A DNA stretch of 64,000 bases from Thermodesulfobacteriota bacterium. Its GTDB lineage: Bacteria > Desulfobacterota_D > UBA1144 > Nemesobacterales > UBA2774. The notes under the pieces were generated by a model. The model was given only the letters and a program-made list of their open reading frames with translations. It ran no database searches and was not told the origin of the DNA. This document shows positions 37,268 through 47,884 of this stretch, one piece after another. Position 1 is the stretch's first letter. Every line of letters begins with the position of its first letter. The stretch spans positions 256,001 through 320,000 of the forward strand of contig OY729416.1 in assembly GCA_963422265.1 (NCBI GenBank), written 5' to 3'. The position numbers and the translations under genes are program-made.

Positions 37268-39964
37268 TTGGTGAATTCAAATATGGCAAACGTTAGAGTT
37301 TATGAGCTCGCTCGCAGATTATTGAACGAGTGGAAACAAGAGATAACCCAGAAAATCTTGAGAGAAACGAATAAAAGGGTATTAGAAGTTGCGAGAGGGC
37401 TTGGGATTTCTGTAAAAGGTTCTACTAGTTCTGTTTCTTTGGATGAAGCGAAAAAGATAGAGAATAGAATCAATAACTCGCATAGTGCGAAAGCCCAATC
37501 GCAGGAGCCTATAGCCGAGCAAGAAGAGAAAGTGCGAGTTTTTAAGTCTGAGAGCGGCGCCGAGGTTGTTGAAAGACGCAAGGGTGGGAGGGTGATATTA
37601 CGCAGAAAGAAAAAAGTGATAGAGGAGCCTGAGCAGGTTGATTTGGTAAAACAGAGAGTTGAACTGGAAGTGGGTTCTGAACAAGAGGAAGGAGCTTCTG
37701 TAATAGTTAGAGAGGCTACTAGCGTTGGAGAGAAAATGGAAATGTCTGGGAGTCCCGTAATTGAGGTCGAGGCTGATAATGCTCTAGTGGATGGGTCTAA
37801 GAGCAGTGACGTTATTGAGGAATCAGAACAAGGTAAGGGTTTAGAAGATGCCAGCGTAGGATCGTCTTTAGATGAGGAAAGGAATGAACGGTCTGCGAAA
37901 GAGGGTGTAGAGGATGCTGGTAAAAAGTCTAAGAAAAAAGGGAAAAAAGCTAAACCTGTAAGGGAAGAAATTATAGATGAAGACGCCCTGGAGGAGCTTA
38001 GAAAAGCCTTCAGAGCTAAATTGCCTGGTAGAAGAAGAGAGTATTTAGTTGAAGATAGACCTTCAAAGAATAGCCCTTCCGTTAGTCATGTTCGCAGCAG
38101 GGGGAGAGCTTTTAATAAAGATGTAAGAAAAGCGACTGGGGTAAGGAGATCCAATATAAAGGGTGCGGAATCCGCCGAGGTAATACCATTTCCTTCTGTT
38201 AAACCCGGGAAGAGAAACATTAGGATTGGCGAGTCAGTTCAAGTTGCTGAGCTCGCTAAGTTAATGGGAGTTAAAGCGGGAAAACTGATAAAGAGGCTAA
38301 TTTCTCTGGGTGTCAAAGCTACTATTAATCAGGCTTTGGATCCCGAGACTGCTACAATAGTGGCAGAAGATTTCGGTTATAATGTCCTAGTTGACGTCTT
38401 TAAGGAAGAGCATCATCTTTTAGAAGAAACTCGGGATTTGTCCGAACAGAATTTAACCCCTCGCCCACCAGTGGTTACTGTTATGGGGCACGTGGATCAC
38501 GGTAAGACTACTCTTCTAGATTCTATTAGACAAACGAACGTCGTTGAGGGAGAAGCTGGTGGCATAACGCAGCACATTGGGGCGTATTCCGTGGATGTGG
38601 ATGGGAGGAAGGTATCGTTTATAGATACGCCGGGTCACGAAGCTTTTACTGCTATGAGAGCACGCGGCGCCAAGGTTACGGACGTTGTAGTGCTGGTTGT
38701 AGCTGCTGATGACGGCGTAATGCCGCAGACAGTGGAAGCTGTGAACCATGCGAGGTCTGCCGACGTTCCTATCATAGTGGCTATAAATAAAATTGATAAA
38801 CCTGAAGCCGACAAGGATAAGATCCTCAGGCAGTTGTCTGAGATAGGTCTGGTTTCAGAAGAGTGGGGGGGCGATGCTTTATTTGCTGAGGTGTCAGCAA
38901 AGCGGAAGACAGGTATTAAAGAGTTATTAGATTTGATTTTACTGCAGGCGGATATTCTAGAGCTAAGGGCAGATAGTGCAATTAGGGCAAATGGTTTTGT
39001 AGTTGAGGCGGTGCTTGATAAGGGCAGGGGTCCTATAGCCACCGTATTAGTAATTGAAGGGACGCTGAATATAGGGGATTACCTCGTTGCAGGCACGACT
39101 TACGGAAAGGTGAGGGCGTTAATTAACGATAAGGGAGTTAGGGTAAATAGCTCTGGACCCTCAATGCCCGTTGAAATAATGGGTCTTTCAGGAGTTCCTG
39201 AAGCTGGAGAGAGATTTTACGTTGTTAAAGATGAGAAGTCAGCCAAAGGAGTCGTTACTTACAGAGAGATGAAACAAAGGGAGAGGGCTGCGGCTAAAGA
39301 AAAGAAACCTTCACTTGAGAATTTGTTTGATTCGCTTGAGGGGGATGAAGCGAAAGAGCTTGCACTGATAATTAAGGCGGATACTCAGGGATCCGTAGAA
39401 GCGATAGCTGAGTCGGTCAATAAGCTGAGCACGGAGAAATGTCAGGTAAAGATAATCCATACCGGGGTTGGGAGCGTGAGCGAAACGGACGTGAATCTCG
39501 CGAGCGCATCCTGCGCTGTAATTTTAGGGTTCAATATCAGACCTGATCATAAGGTCCTTGATGCCTCCGCTAGACAAGGCATCTCACTTGAACTGCATAC
39601 CATTATATATGAGGTCATAGATAGGGTAAGAAGCGCAATGGAAGGACTGCTTGATCCTATCTTAGAAGAAAAAATTACGGGTCACGCGGAAGTGAAGGAT
39701 ACTTTCAACATATCTAAAGTAGGCACCATAGCGGGATGTATGATTAGTGATGGAAAGGTAACAAGAGACAGTAAAATAAGGCTTTTGAGGGATGGCGTGA
39801 TTGTTTTTGACGGGCAGATCGATTCGCTTAGGCGTTTTAAGGATGATGTAGGGGAGGTAGTAGCGGGTTTTGAATGCGGAATTGGGATTAAAAGGTTTAA
39901 TGACATAAAGGTTGGCGACACGCTTGAATTTCACACTGTTGAAGAGTTCAAGCAGGAACTCTGA
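37268..39964 (+). CDS. infB: translation initiation factor IF-2 (start likely ATG 37283)
   Basis: VRVYELA, MGHVDHGKTTLLD, DTPGHEAF, NKID motifs. Confidence 0.98.
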   Translation: MVNSNMANVRVYELARRLLNEWKQEITQKILRETNKRVLEVARGLGISVKGSTSSVSLDEAKKIENRINNSHSAKAQSQEPIAEQEEKVRVFKSESGAEVVERRKGGRVILRRKKKVIEEPEQVDLVKQRVELEVGSEQEEGASVIVREATSVGEKMEMSGSPVIEVEADNALVDGSKSSDVIEESEQGKGLEDASVGSSLDEERNERSAKEGVEDAGKKSKKKGKKAKPVREEIIDEDALEELRKAFRAKLPGRRREYLVEDRPSKNSPSVSHVRSRGRAFNKDVRKATGVRRSNIKGAESAEVIPFPSVKPGKRNIRIGESVQVAELAKLMGVKAGKLIKRLISLGVKATINQALDPETATIVAEDFGYNVLVDVFKEEHHLLEETRDLSEQNLTPRPPVVTVMGHVDHGKTTLLDSIRQTNVVEGEAGGITQHIGAYSVDVDGRKVSFIDTPGHEAFTAMRARGAKVTDVVVLVVAADDGVMPQTVEAVNHARSADVPIIVAINKIDKPEADKDKILRQLSEIGLVSEEWGGDALFAEVSAKRKTGIKELLDLILLQADILELRADSAIRANGFVVEAVLDKGRGPIATVLVIEGTLNIGDYLVAGTTYGKVRALINDKGVRVNSSGPSMPVEIMGLSGVPEAGERFYVVKDEKSAKGVVTYREMKQRERAAAKEKKPSLENLFDSLEGDEAKELALIIKADTQGSVEAIAESVNKLSTEKCQVKIIHTGVGSVSETDVNLASASCAVILGFNIRPDHKVLDASARQGISLELHTIIYEVIDRVRSAMEGLLDPILEEKITGHAEVKDTFNISKVGTIAGCMISDGKVTRDSKIRLLRDGVIVFDGQIDSLRRFKDDVGEVVAGFECGIGIKRFNDIKVGDTLEFHTVEEFKQEL

Positions 39965-39975
39965 TAATCTGTTAA

Positions 39976-40269
39976 TTGATGATAATTGGGGTGCTTAGAG
40001 TTGATTTATATATCGATGGGGCTAGATCCTTAAAAGATAAGCGTCGGATATTAAAGGGGCTTATTCAGAGAGTAAGATCCAAGTTCAACAACGTTTCAAT
40101 ATCTGAAGTAGGGTCAAACGATCTTTGGCAGAAAGCTACTATAGGTGTTTCGGTCGTGAGTAATGAAACTCGTTTTGTAAATTCAGTTTTGGATAAGGCT
40201 ACGGACTTTATAAATTCTACGGGATTGGTTCGGATAGGAAACCGCAAGTTAGAGATAATTCATTTTTAG
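39976..40269 (+). CDS. DUF503 (YlxP) family protein
   Basis: SLKDKRR..KFNNVSISEV..DLWQ; position between infB and rbfA. Confidence 0.9.
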   Translation: MMIIGVLRVDLYIDGARSLKDKRRILKGLIQRVRSKFNNVSISEVGSNDLWQKATIGVSVVSNETRFVNSVLDKATDFINSTGLVRIGNRKLEIIHF

Positions 40270-40279
40270 GAGAGCAGAC

Positions 40280-40660
40280 TTGGTAGTTTCCTTCAAGAGG
40301 TCAGAAAGGGTCTCAGATGAAATAATGAAAGAAGTCTCCGGTATGATAGTGAGGGGTGAGATTAGAGATCCGCGCGTGTGTTCCGTATATGTTACAGGGG
40401 CTAAGGTCTCCGATAATCTTAGCGTTGCGGATTTATATTTTACTGTTATAGACGAAGGTGATGCTGATAAACATATTCCTTCATCCAAGCGGAGAGAAGA
40501 GGCGCTTAGAGGACTAGAGAGGGCAAAAGGATTCATTAAAAGCAAGCTTGCCAAGAGATTAAGAATGCGAAAGATTCCTGATTTAAGATTTGGATTTGAT
40601 TCTGCCCTTGAGGAGGCTTATAAAGTGGATGAGGCATTAAGGGGAATTAGCAGTGAATAG
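40280..40660 (+). CDS. rbfA: 30S ribosome-binding factor A
   Basis: RSERV, IRDPR, RLRMRKIPDLRF motifs. Confidence 0.95.
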   Translation: MVVSFKRSERVSDEIMKEVSGMIVRGEIRDPRVCSVYVTGAKVSDNLSVADLYFTVIDEGDADKHIPSSKRREEALRGLERAKGFIKSKLAKRLRMRKIPDLRFGFDSALEEAYKVDEALRGISSE

Positions 40661-41666
40661 CGATCTCGAAAAAATTTCCTCTCTGGTGAGGAAATCGCGC
40701 AAATTTCTTATTACTTCCCATAGAAATCCAGACGCCGATGCTATAGGCTCGATGCTTAGTTTAGGCTTGGGTCTCGAGCAAATGGGGAAAGATGTCCTGT
40801 TCTACAATAAAGATGGAGTTCCAGAGGCTCTCAGGTTTTTGCCTTGCTCTGAGCGAGTTGTTAGCTCTTTAGAAAGAATAGAAGGGGATTTCGACGTTGC
40901 CATTGCGGTTGATTCCGCTGGGCTAAACAGGGTCGGACGGGAATTTGTAGATTTTACTAGTAGAGGAAGGTGTAGATATGCGGTGATTATTGATCATCAT
41001 CAAACAAGCCATTCCTCGGTGGACGTCTGCTTGCTTGATAAAGGAGCACCCTCAACTGGGGTGATTATTTACGATATTCTACAGTACTTATCAATAAAAA
41101 TAGATGGCAGGGTTGCTACCAATCTTTATGCTACCATACTTGGCGACACGGGATCTTTTAGATATTCAAATGCGACCCATAAAGCGTTTGTCGTCGCGGC
41201 GGAGCTGGTTCGATCAGGTGCTAAACCCGATGAAATTTCTCAGGCGCTCTATGAAAACGAGCCTCTTCGTAAATTCAAGCTTCTCGGCTTTGCCTTGCCT
41301 ACGCTGGACGTCTTGGACGACTATGCAGTTGCTTACATTATCGTTGATAAAGCGATGTTTCGTAACGCAAGAGCCGGTAGGGAGGATACGGAAGGTATGG
41401 TGAACTTTCCTAGAAGTATTACGGGGGTTGAGGTTGCGGTGCTTTTCAGGCAAGAGGGGGATGATGGTAACGGGAGAGTTGACTGGAAAATAAGCCTTAG
41501 ATCTAAGGGCAATGTTGACGTATCAAGTATAGCTGAGGGCTTTGGCGGTGGTGGACATAAAAACGCCGCGGGATGTTCTATTATAGGGGATATAAAAACT
41601 GTCAAGGGTAAGGTGTTTGATTCTATAAGGCATGCACTTGACTACAATCGGGATAAGGTTTTTTGA
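40653..41666 (+). CDS. nrnA: DHH-family oligoribonuclease/PAP phosphatase (NrnA-like)
   Basis: SHRNPDADA, IDHH, DTGSF, GGGGHKNAAG motifs. Confidence 0.9.
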   Translation: MNSDLEKISSLVRKSRKFLITSHRNPDADAIGSMLSLGLGLEQMGKDVLFYNKDGVPEALRFLPCSERVVSSLERIEGDFDVAIAVDSAGLNRVGREFVDFTSRGRCRYAVIIDHHQTSHSSVDVCLLDKGAPSTGVIIYDILQYLSIKIDGRVATNLYATILGDTGSFRYSNATHKAFVVAAELVRSGAKPDEISQALYENEPLRKFKLLGFALPTLDVLDDYAVAYIIVDKAMFRNARAGREDTEGMVNFPRSITGVEVAVLFRQEGDDGNGRVDWKISLRSKGNVDVSSIAEGFGGGGHKNAAGCSIIGDIKTVKGKVFDSIRHALDYNRDKVF

Positions 41667-42580
41667 TGAACGGGGTATTAGTTCTTGACAAGCCTAAGGG
41701 CATTACTTCGCGAAGCGCTCTAAATAGGGTCAATACGCTTCTTAGGGTGAAGAGAGCAGGCCACACTGGCACGCTGGATCCCTTTGCTACGGGGGTTTTA
41801 CCGATCTGCATCAACAAGGCTACCAAGATCATACCCTTTCTAAAAAATACGTTTAAGAGATACGATGCCCTAATCAGGCTTGGAGTATTGACGGATACTC
41901 TGGATTCTACGGGTCGGCTTTTGCGGGAGCGCAAGGTAAAGCATCATATAGATAATAATACTATCTTGGGCGTTCTATCAAATTACGAGGGAGAAATTGA
42001 GCAGGTTCCCCCGATGTTTTCCGCAGTGAAAAAGCGAGGGGTTAGATTATATAAGCTCGCCAGAATGGGAATAGAAGTAATCAGACCTGCTAGGTCGGTG
42101 TTTATTAATAGGATAGAACTTCTGGGGTTTGATCCACCTTTTGTAAGAATTATGGTAGAATGCTCGCGTGGCACCTATATACGGGCGCTAGCATTGGATA
42201 TTGCGGAGGATTTAGGATGCGGCGGCCACCTATCTGAGCTTAGAAGGATTCAGAGCGACGGTTTTACGATAGACGACGCAGTAACTATGGAAGACGTAGA
42301 AAAAAGGCGTGTTGAATTAGCTGATCTTGGTGAAGTTCTTTCACATATAAAAGAGGTGAAAATCTCAGCGGAGGTTGCTTCTCGGGTTAGAGATGGCAAG
42401 CAGATAAAAAAATCAGATTTAAATTCTTTATCCCTTCCATATTTTCAATCTGGAGATAGGTTGAAAATATGTGAGAGATCGGCTTTGGTATCAATAGCCG
42501 AGGCTAAAGTAAATTCTTCGGATTTCGATGACTTGGATGAAGAAACTATTGTTTTAAGATTACTCAGGGTTATTAACTGA
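41663..42580 (+). CDS. truB: tRNA pseudouridine(55) synthase
   Basis: GHTGTLDPFATGVL, QVPPMFSAVK, CSRGTYIR motifs. Confidence 0.97.
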   Translation: MMNGVLVLDKPKGITSRSALNRVNTLLRVKRAGHTGTLDPFATGVLPICINKATKIIPFLKNTFKRYDALIRLGVLTDTLDSTGRLLRERKVKHHIDNNTILGVLSNYEGEIEQVPPMFSAVKKRGVRLYKLARMGIEVIRPARSVFINRIELLGFDPPFVRIMVECSRGTYIRALALDIAEDLGCGGHLSELRRIQSDGFTIDDAVTMEDVEKRRVELADLGEVLSHIKEVKISAEVASRVRDGKQIKKSDLNSLSLPYFQSGDRLKICERSALVSIAEAKVNSSDFDDLDEETIVLRLLRVIN

Positions 42581-42642
42581 TTAAATTGTTTAAAAGTTCC
42601 TGCCCACTAGTAGGTTGGCACAGGTAGAAAGGAGGAGATTTT

Positions 42643-42912
42643 ATGACTCTTGATAAAGAGGAAAAGGCTAAATTGATAGGGGAGTTTGCTATAAACGATA
42701 GGGATGTTGGCTCGCCTGAAGTGCAGGTCGGGATATTTTCTCGTAGGATTGAATATTTATCCGAGCATATGAAAAAAGCGCCTAAAGATTTTCATTCGCG
42801 TCGAGGGCTTGTTTCCTTAGTCGCCAAAAGGAGAAGGCTTCTTAATTATATAAAAAGGGAAAGACCGGACACGTATCCGGATCTTATTCAAAGACTAGGA
42901 CTGAGAAAATAG
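42643..42912 (+). CDS. rpsO: 30S ribosomal protein S15
   Basis: DVGSPEVQV, KDFHSRRGL, LGLRK. Confidence 0.98.
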   Translation: MTLDKEEKAKLIGEFAINDRDVGSPEVQVGIFSRRIEYLSEHMKKAPKDFHSRRGLVSLVAKRRRLLNYIKRERPDTYPDLIQRLGLRK

Positions 42913-42932
42913 GATTATAAGGAGGAGAAATT

Positions 42933-45062
42933 TTGATTAATGAAACTAAAGAGGTTGAGGCACAAATCTTTTCTAAACGCTTTGCGCTTCAGACCGGGAA
43001 GCTCGCTAAACAATCTAGTGGAGCTGTATTGGCTAGCTATGAAGACACAGTAGTATTGGCTACCGTAGTTGCCTCAGAGGAAAAGGCGGAAGGGGAAGAT
43101 TTTCTTCCGCTAACAGTAAATTATCAGGAAAAGTCCGCCGCCGCCGGAAAAATACCGGGGGGATTTTTTAAAAGGGAAGGCAGACCGAGCGAAAAAGAAG
43201 TATTAACGTCTAGGCTGATTGACAGGACCATAAGACCCTTAATCCCTAAGGATTTCACGTATCAAACCCAAATCATTGTAACGGTGTTTTCAGCCGATCC
43301 GGATCACGATACCGATGTCCTGTCAGTAACCGCTGCTTCAGCCGCGCTTATGGTTTCTGATGTTCCTTTCGATGGACCTTTGGCTGCGGTGAGGGTAGGC
43401 AGGGCAGGGGGTGAATTTATATGTAATCCTATTAAGAGTGAGCTTGAAGGGAGTGATATGAATATTATAGTCGCCGGAACGAGGGATGCTATAGTTATGG
43501 TGGAAGGCGGCGCCCAGGAGGTGAGCGAAGCTGATATGGTTGATGCTCTTATGTTCGCTCATGGGAGTATTCAGGAGTTTATTAGGCGTCAAGAAGAATT
43601 AGTTTCCGGGATGAATATTCAGAAAAGGGTTTTGATTCCACCAGAAGAGGATCAGACGCTTAACGAACAGGTAGTTTCTTTTGCTGCGGATAAACTCAAG
43701 GACACTATCGGAGTATCATCTAAAATAGAAAGAAGAGAGCAGACGCAAAGAATACGTCAAGAGACTCAAGCGTATGCCTCTTCATTATATCCTGACAGGG
43801 AAGTCGATATCTCAAAGTCGTTTGATAAATTGTTAAAAGATTTGGTCAGAGGGATGATAATAAATGATAAGAGAAGAATTGATGATAGGGGCTACACGGA
43901 TATAAGGTCTATTAGTGGGGAGGTTGGTTTCCTTCCTCGCGTTCATGGTTCTTCTATCTTTACCAGGGGAGAGACGCAGGCTGCGGTTACAGCTACGCTT
44001 GGCACTAAATTTGATGAGCAGAGAATAGACTCCCTTGAAGGAGATACTACCAAAACATTTATGCTTCATTATAATTTTCCGCCTTACTCCGTTGGAGAGG
44101 TTGGGCATAGATTAGGCCCCGGTCGAAGAGAAATAGGTCACGGGGCGCTTGCCGAGAGAGCGCTTCGGGCGGTTATTCCTCAGAAAGCGGATTTTCCATA
44201 TACGATACGCGTAGTATCAGAAGTCTTGGAATCAAATGGATCCTCATCAATGGCTACTATATGCGGTGGCTCTCTTGCGCTCTTGGATGCTGGCGTGCCT
44301 ATGTCATCACCGGTGGCTGGTATAGCTATGGGATTGATTAAGGAAGGGGATGATTTTGTAATATTGTCTGATATTCTGGGTGACGAGGATCATTTGGGTG
44401 ACATGGATTTCAAGGTAGCCGGAACGAGGGGCGGAGTAACCGCCCTTCAGATGGATATCAAAGTTGCCGGAGTTACTAAAGAGATTCTTACTAAAGCCTT
44501 GGATCAGGCTAAGGGTGCTAGAATGCATGTGCTGGATAAAATGGGTGAGATAATATCGGAACCGAGAGAAGATTTATCGCAATATGCTCCCAGAATTATG
44601 ACCGTTCAGGTTAATCAGAACAAGATAAAAGACGTAATTGGTAGTGGTGGTAAGACGATTAAGAAAATCGTCGAGCTTACAGGGGCGCAAGTTGATATTG
44701 ACGACTCTGGGGTTGTGAGCATTTCCTCTCCCGATTTGGAGGCTTGTGATAAGGCTGTGAAGCTTGTTAACGGTATAGTTGAGGAAATTGAAGTAGGAAA
44801 GATTTATCTAGGGACAGTCAAAAGGGTGCTTGATTTCGGTGCCATTGTGGAGTTGGGAAGTGGGCTGGGCGGGGGGAAAGACGGCTTGGTGCACATATCC
44901 GAGCTTGCGCCGAATAGGGTCAATAAGGTTACCGATGTGCTAAATGAAAATGACGAAGTGCTTGTTAAATGTATAAGTAAAGAGAATGATGGAAAGATCA
45001 GATTAAGTAGAAAGCGGGCATTAGATGAAAACATCGATGATTACAGGGAAAGAGCATTGTAG
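42933..45062 (+). CDS. pnp: polyribonucleotide nucleotidyltransferase
   Basis: GKIPGGFFKREG, RREIGHG, ESNGSSSM, GDMDFKVAG motifs; KH and S1 domains. Confidence 0.98.
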   Translation: MINETKEVEAQIFSKRFALQTGKLAKQSSGAVLASYEDTVVLATVVASEEKAEGEDFLPLTVNYQEKSAAAGKIPGGFFKREGRPSEKEVLTSRLIDRTIRPLIPKDFTYQTQIIVTVFSADPDHDTDVLSVTAASAALMVSDVPFDGPLAAVRVGRAGGEFICNPIKSELEGSDMNIIVAGTRDAIVMVEGGAQEVSEADMVDALMFAHGSIQEFIRRQEELVSGMNIQKRVLIPPEEDQTLNEQVVSFAADKLKDTIGVSSKIERREQTQRIRQETQAYASSLYPDREVDISKSFDKLLKDLVRGMIINDKRRIDDRGYTDIRSISGEVGFLPRVHGSSIFTRGETQAAVTATLGTKFDEQRIDSLEGDTTKTFMLHYNFPPYSVGEVGHRLGPGRREIGHGALAERALRAVIPQKADFPYTIRVVSEVLESNGSSSMATICGGSLALLDAGVPMSSPVAGIAMGLIKEGDDFVILSDILGDEDHLGDMDFKVAGTRGGVTALQMDIKVAGVTKEILTKALDQAKGARMHVLDKMGEIISEPREDLSQYAPRIMTVQVNQNKIKDVIGSGGKTIKKIVELTGAQVDIDDSGVVSISSPDLEACDKAVKLVNGIVEEIEVGKIYLGTVKRVLDFGAIVELGSGLGGGKDGLVHISELAPNRVNKVTDVLNENDEVLVKCISKENDGKIRLSRKRALDENIDDYRERAL

Positions 45063-45340
45063 AGTTTGCATATCTCTCTAGTGCGCTGCTAGATATAGTG
45101 GGGTGGGAACGTTATTATTTGTAATTAGGGAGTAGTATAATAATATTGAGCGGTGGAGTAATCATAGTGTAGTAATAAGTGTAGTAATAAATGGGGTAAA
45201 TCAAGAAGTCAGAAAGCGGTCTGATTATTCTCATGAACTCGTTTCGAAACCTTTCTTCTGTTATTTTGAGCGGGGAGTGGTGGAGTCAAGAAATCTAACT
45301 TTGATTTTACAGCTAATAATTTGTAATTGAGGAGCTAAGT

Positions 45341-46297
45341 ATGTCCCCGAGTCTCGTCGGGGAAGAGAAGCCCAAGTTAATTGTCGTTTTAGGACCTACC
45401 GCATCTGGAAAGAGCGAGATTGGCGTTCACATTGCCGAGTCTCTTGGTGCGGATGTAATAAGTGCTGACTCCCTTCAGGTCTATAAATATCTGAGTATAG
45501 GGACGGCGAAACCGACCTTGCAAGAGCAGGAAAGCGTTGCTCACCATCTTCTGGACGTGGTTGATCCCGACGAGGAATTTAACGCGGGTTTGTTCAGAAG
45601 GCTAGCTTCCTCGAAGATTGCAGAATTGCATAAAAGAGATAAAAAGGTTGTCATAATTGGAGGCACGTATCTATATATCAAGGTTTTACTTTCAGGACTT
45701 ATTGAAGTTGTTCCCTCACCCAAAAACCTCAGGGACGAGCTTAAGAAATTAAGGTCTATATTTGGAACTTCCTACTTGTATGGCAGGTTAGAGGCTATTG
45801 ATCCCGAAGCCGCCTTAAAAATTCACTTTAACGACTACGTAAGAATTGAGAGGGCACTTGAGGTCAATTATCTTACGGGGAGGAAAATATCAGAGATACA
45901 CTCCCTCCACGATTTTGGCGAGAATAGTTACGACTACGTTAAAGTGGGAATATCTATAGACCGAGGGTCTTTGATGAACAGGATTAGTCTCCGTGTAGAT
46001 AGTATGATGGAGCAGGGGTTTGTGGAAGAGGTTAAGAGGCTAAGGCGCATGGGTTATAGTCCTCAACTCAAGCCAATGAGGTCTATAGGTTATAAAGAGA
46101 TCAATAGCTACATAGACGGGGAGGTCTCCCTTGATGAAGCAGTTGAGCTTATAAAATTGAATACCAAGCGCTTAGCAAAGCGGCAGATGACCTGGCTTAG
46201 AAAAGACAATGAGATTAGGTGGTTTGATGTGCCAAGAGAGAACGATAAATTAGCGGATTTAACGACAGGTTTTTTCAGACGCGGTAATATAGGCTAA
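45341..46297 (+). CDS. miaA: tRNA dimethylallyltransferase
   Basis: GPTASGKS, SADSLQVY, IGTAKP, GGTYLY, AKRQMTW motifs. Confidence 0.97.
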   Translation: MSPSLVGEEKPKLIVVLGPTASGKSEIGVHIAESLGADVISADSLQVYKYLSIGTAKPTLQEQESVAHHLLDVVDPDEEFNAGLFRRLASSKIAELHKRDKKVVIIGGTYLYIKVLLSGLIEVVPSPKNLRDELKKLRSIFGTSYLYGRLEAIDPEAALKIHFNDYVRIERALEVNYLTGRKISEIHSLHDFGENSYDYVKVGISIDRGSLMNRISLRVDSMMEQGFVEEVKRLRRMGYSPQLKPMRSIGYKEINSYIDGEVSLDEAVELIKLNTKRLAKRQMTWLRKDNEIRWFDVPRENDKLADLTTGFFRRGNIG

Positions 46298-46299
46298 TG

Positions 46300-46833
46300 C
46301 TAATCCTCGCGTTTTTCAAGTTCTTCATCTATCTTTCTTAGATAGTCTTTATTTTCAACCGATCTTAGGGAAACATCCTTTTTAGTGGGCTGTTGAGATT
46401 TACGTAGGAATAATCCTATTCCTATGCCTCCTAATGCTATAGCAACAATGGGTAACAACCACAGTGCCCAGTTTATTCCTTTAACGGGTGGTGCTCCTAA
46501 TATGGATTCACCATAGCGATCAGTGAAGTAGGATATAATCTCCTGCTCAGATTTACCCTCCCTAAGTTGTTTTTTAATTATATCTCTCATATCGTTAGCC
46601 AAGTTTGAATTGGACTCAGCAACGCTCTGCCCCTGACAAACCGGGCACATAAGCTGATGAGAGATCTGTTTAACCTGATCGTCTATACCATTTTGCTGAC
46701 TCCTAACTATGTCTCTGCCCCCGAGCGGGGAAGGGCTTTGCGTTATTGATAGTGAGGAGTGTGGCAAGAAAATAAAAAAGAGTACGAGTATTACAGGTTT
46801 TCCAAAGCCGTATATTAGGGAGGGGCTTATCAT
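46300..46833 (-). CDS. ccmH: cytochrome c biogenesis protein CcmH/CcmL
   Basis: LMCPVCQGQSVAESNS, YFTDRYGESIL, LWLLP motifs. Confidence 0.9.
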   Translation of the reverse strand: MISPSLIYGFGKPVILVLFFIFLPHSSLSITQSPSPLGGRDIVRSQQNGIDDQVKQISHQLMCPVCQGQSVAESNSNLANDMRDIIKKQLREGKSEQEIISYFTDRYGESILGAPPVKGINWALWLLPIVAIALGGIGIGLFLRKSQQPTKKDVSLRSVENKDYLRKIDEELEKRED

Positions 46834-46852
46834 CCGTCTTAATGTCCTATCT

Positions 46853-47422
46853 TTATGAACTGTTTTTTGAACTAATCGCCCTTAGGAGATAATAATCTAT
46901 TATTTCTTCCGTAAGCTGGCCAGTGAATTTACCCGTTATAAGACCGGATGAATCTATGAAATAGGTTTCGGGGATTCCACCTAACCCATAATTAACCTGA
47001 ATTTCTTTTTCGGGATCAAAGCCGTGCTCGTAGCTTCCTCCGTATTTGTCGAGATAAGATAGAGCGCTAGAGTCGTCATCCCAGACGTTGACACCGATAA
47101 ATACCACGTCTTTGTCTTTGTATTTTTTCCATGATCTTTCAAGTGCTGGCGCCTCTTGCCTACAAGGCTTGCACCATGATGCCCAGAAGTTTAGGATCAC
47201 GGTCTTTCCCTTAAGCTCTGATAGGGAAACGTTCTCTCCGCTCTCAGCCAGTGAACCTCCAGAACTGTAAAGCGTTAGCGTAAAATCGGGCGCTTCTTTG
47301 CCTGTCAGTGGGGAAGTCTTTATAATAACCCTGTCGCCGAATATTGCGTAACCTAATATACTTAGGAATAGCAATATAATCGTAAGCGCCGCAAGTTTGG
47401 ATACTGTCTTGAATACGTTCAT
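46853..47422 (-). CDS. TlpA/CcmG-type thiol-disulfide oxidoreductase
   Basis: N-terminal TM anchor, APDFTL, LNFWASWCKPCRQEAP, GIPETYFID. Confidence 0.9.
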   Translation of the reverse strand: MNVFKTVSKLAALTIILLFLSILGYAIFGDRVIIKTSPLTGKEAPDFTLTLYSSGGSLAESGENVSLSELKGKTVILNFWASWCKPCRQEAPALERSWKKYKDKDVVFIGVNVWDDDSSALSYLDKYGGSYEHGFDPEKEIQVNYGLGGIPETYFIDSSGLITGKFTGQLTEEIIDYYLLRAISSKNSS

Positions 47423-47845
47423 ATCGTCCCGCTAGTATTGTTTTCAGTAGAACATTATAACTAAGGCTGATGCTATTTTCATGTCAGCAAGTGAGGAATT
47501 ATAGCCAAAGGCTACTCTTACAGAAAGGGTTATTCTCGTAAAATTTAAAATAGAGGCATATAGAGGACTGTAACACAATATAGCACCGTTTTTCTTACTT
47601 TGAGGATATTTTCAGTGAAAACGCGTTACTCTTAAACAACTGCTTGTGTAAGAAGTAGGATTTTCCTTTGGTTAAGATGACAAAAGAGGAATCTAGTTTT
47701 TTGTTCTTTTATACATATTTGATTTTTATGGGAGATGTGTTGAATTTAGGGTGGAAGGATGGGGTATGATTTGCTCACTTTAGTGTGGTAAAACGATGAA
47801 AATGATAATGATATGGTGGTGGACCCTTAATGAATGTCAGTCCTT

Positions 47846-47874
47846 TTGACAAAGGCTTAGGAAGTTATTAAAGT
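47846..47874 (+). promoter_or_regulatory. putative sigma70 promoter upstream of the giant adhesin
   Basis: TTGACA-N17-TAAAGT. Confidence 0.45.
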
Positions 47875-47884
47875 AAAAGGTATT

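Noticed and set aside
45095-45290. GTGG-rich motifs and an AGTGTAGTAATAA duplication upstream of miaA as a regulator site or ncRNA
   Set aside because: Irregular spacing and no clear structure or cognate regulator in the window
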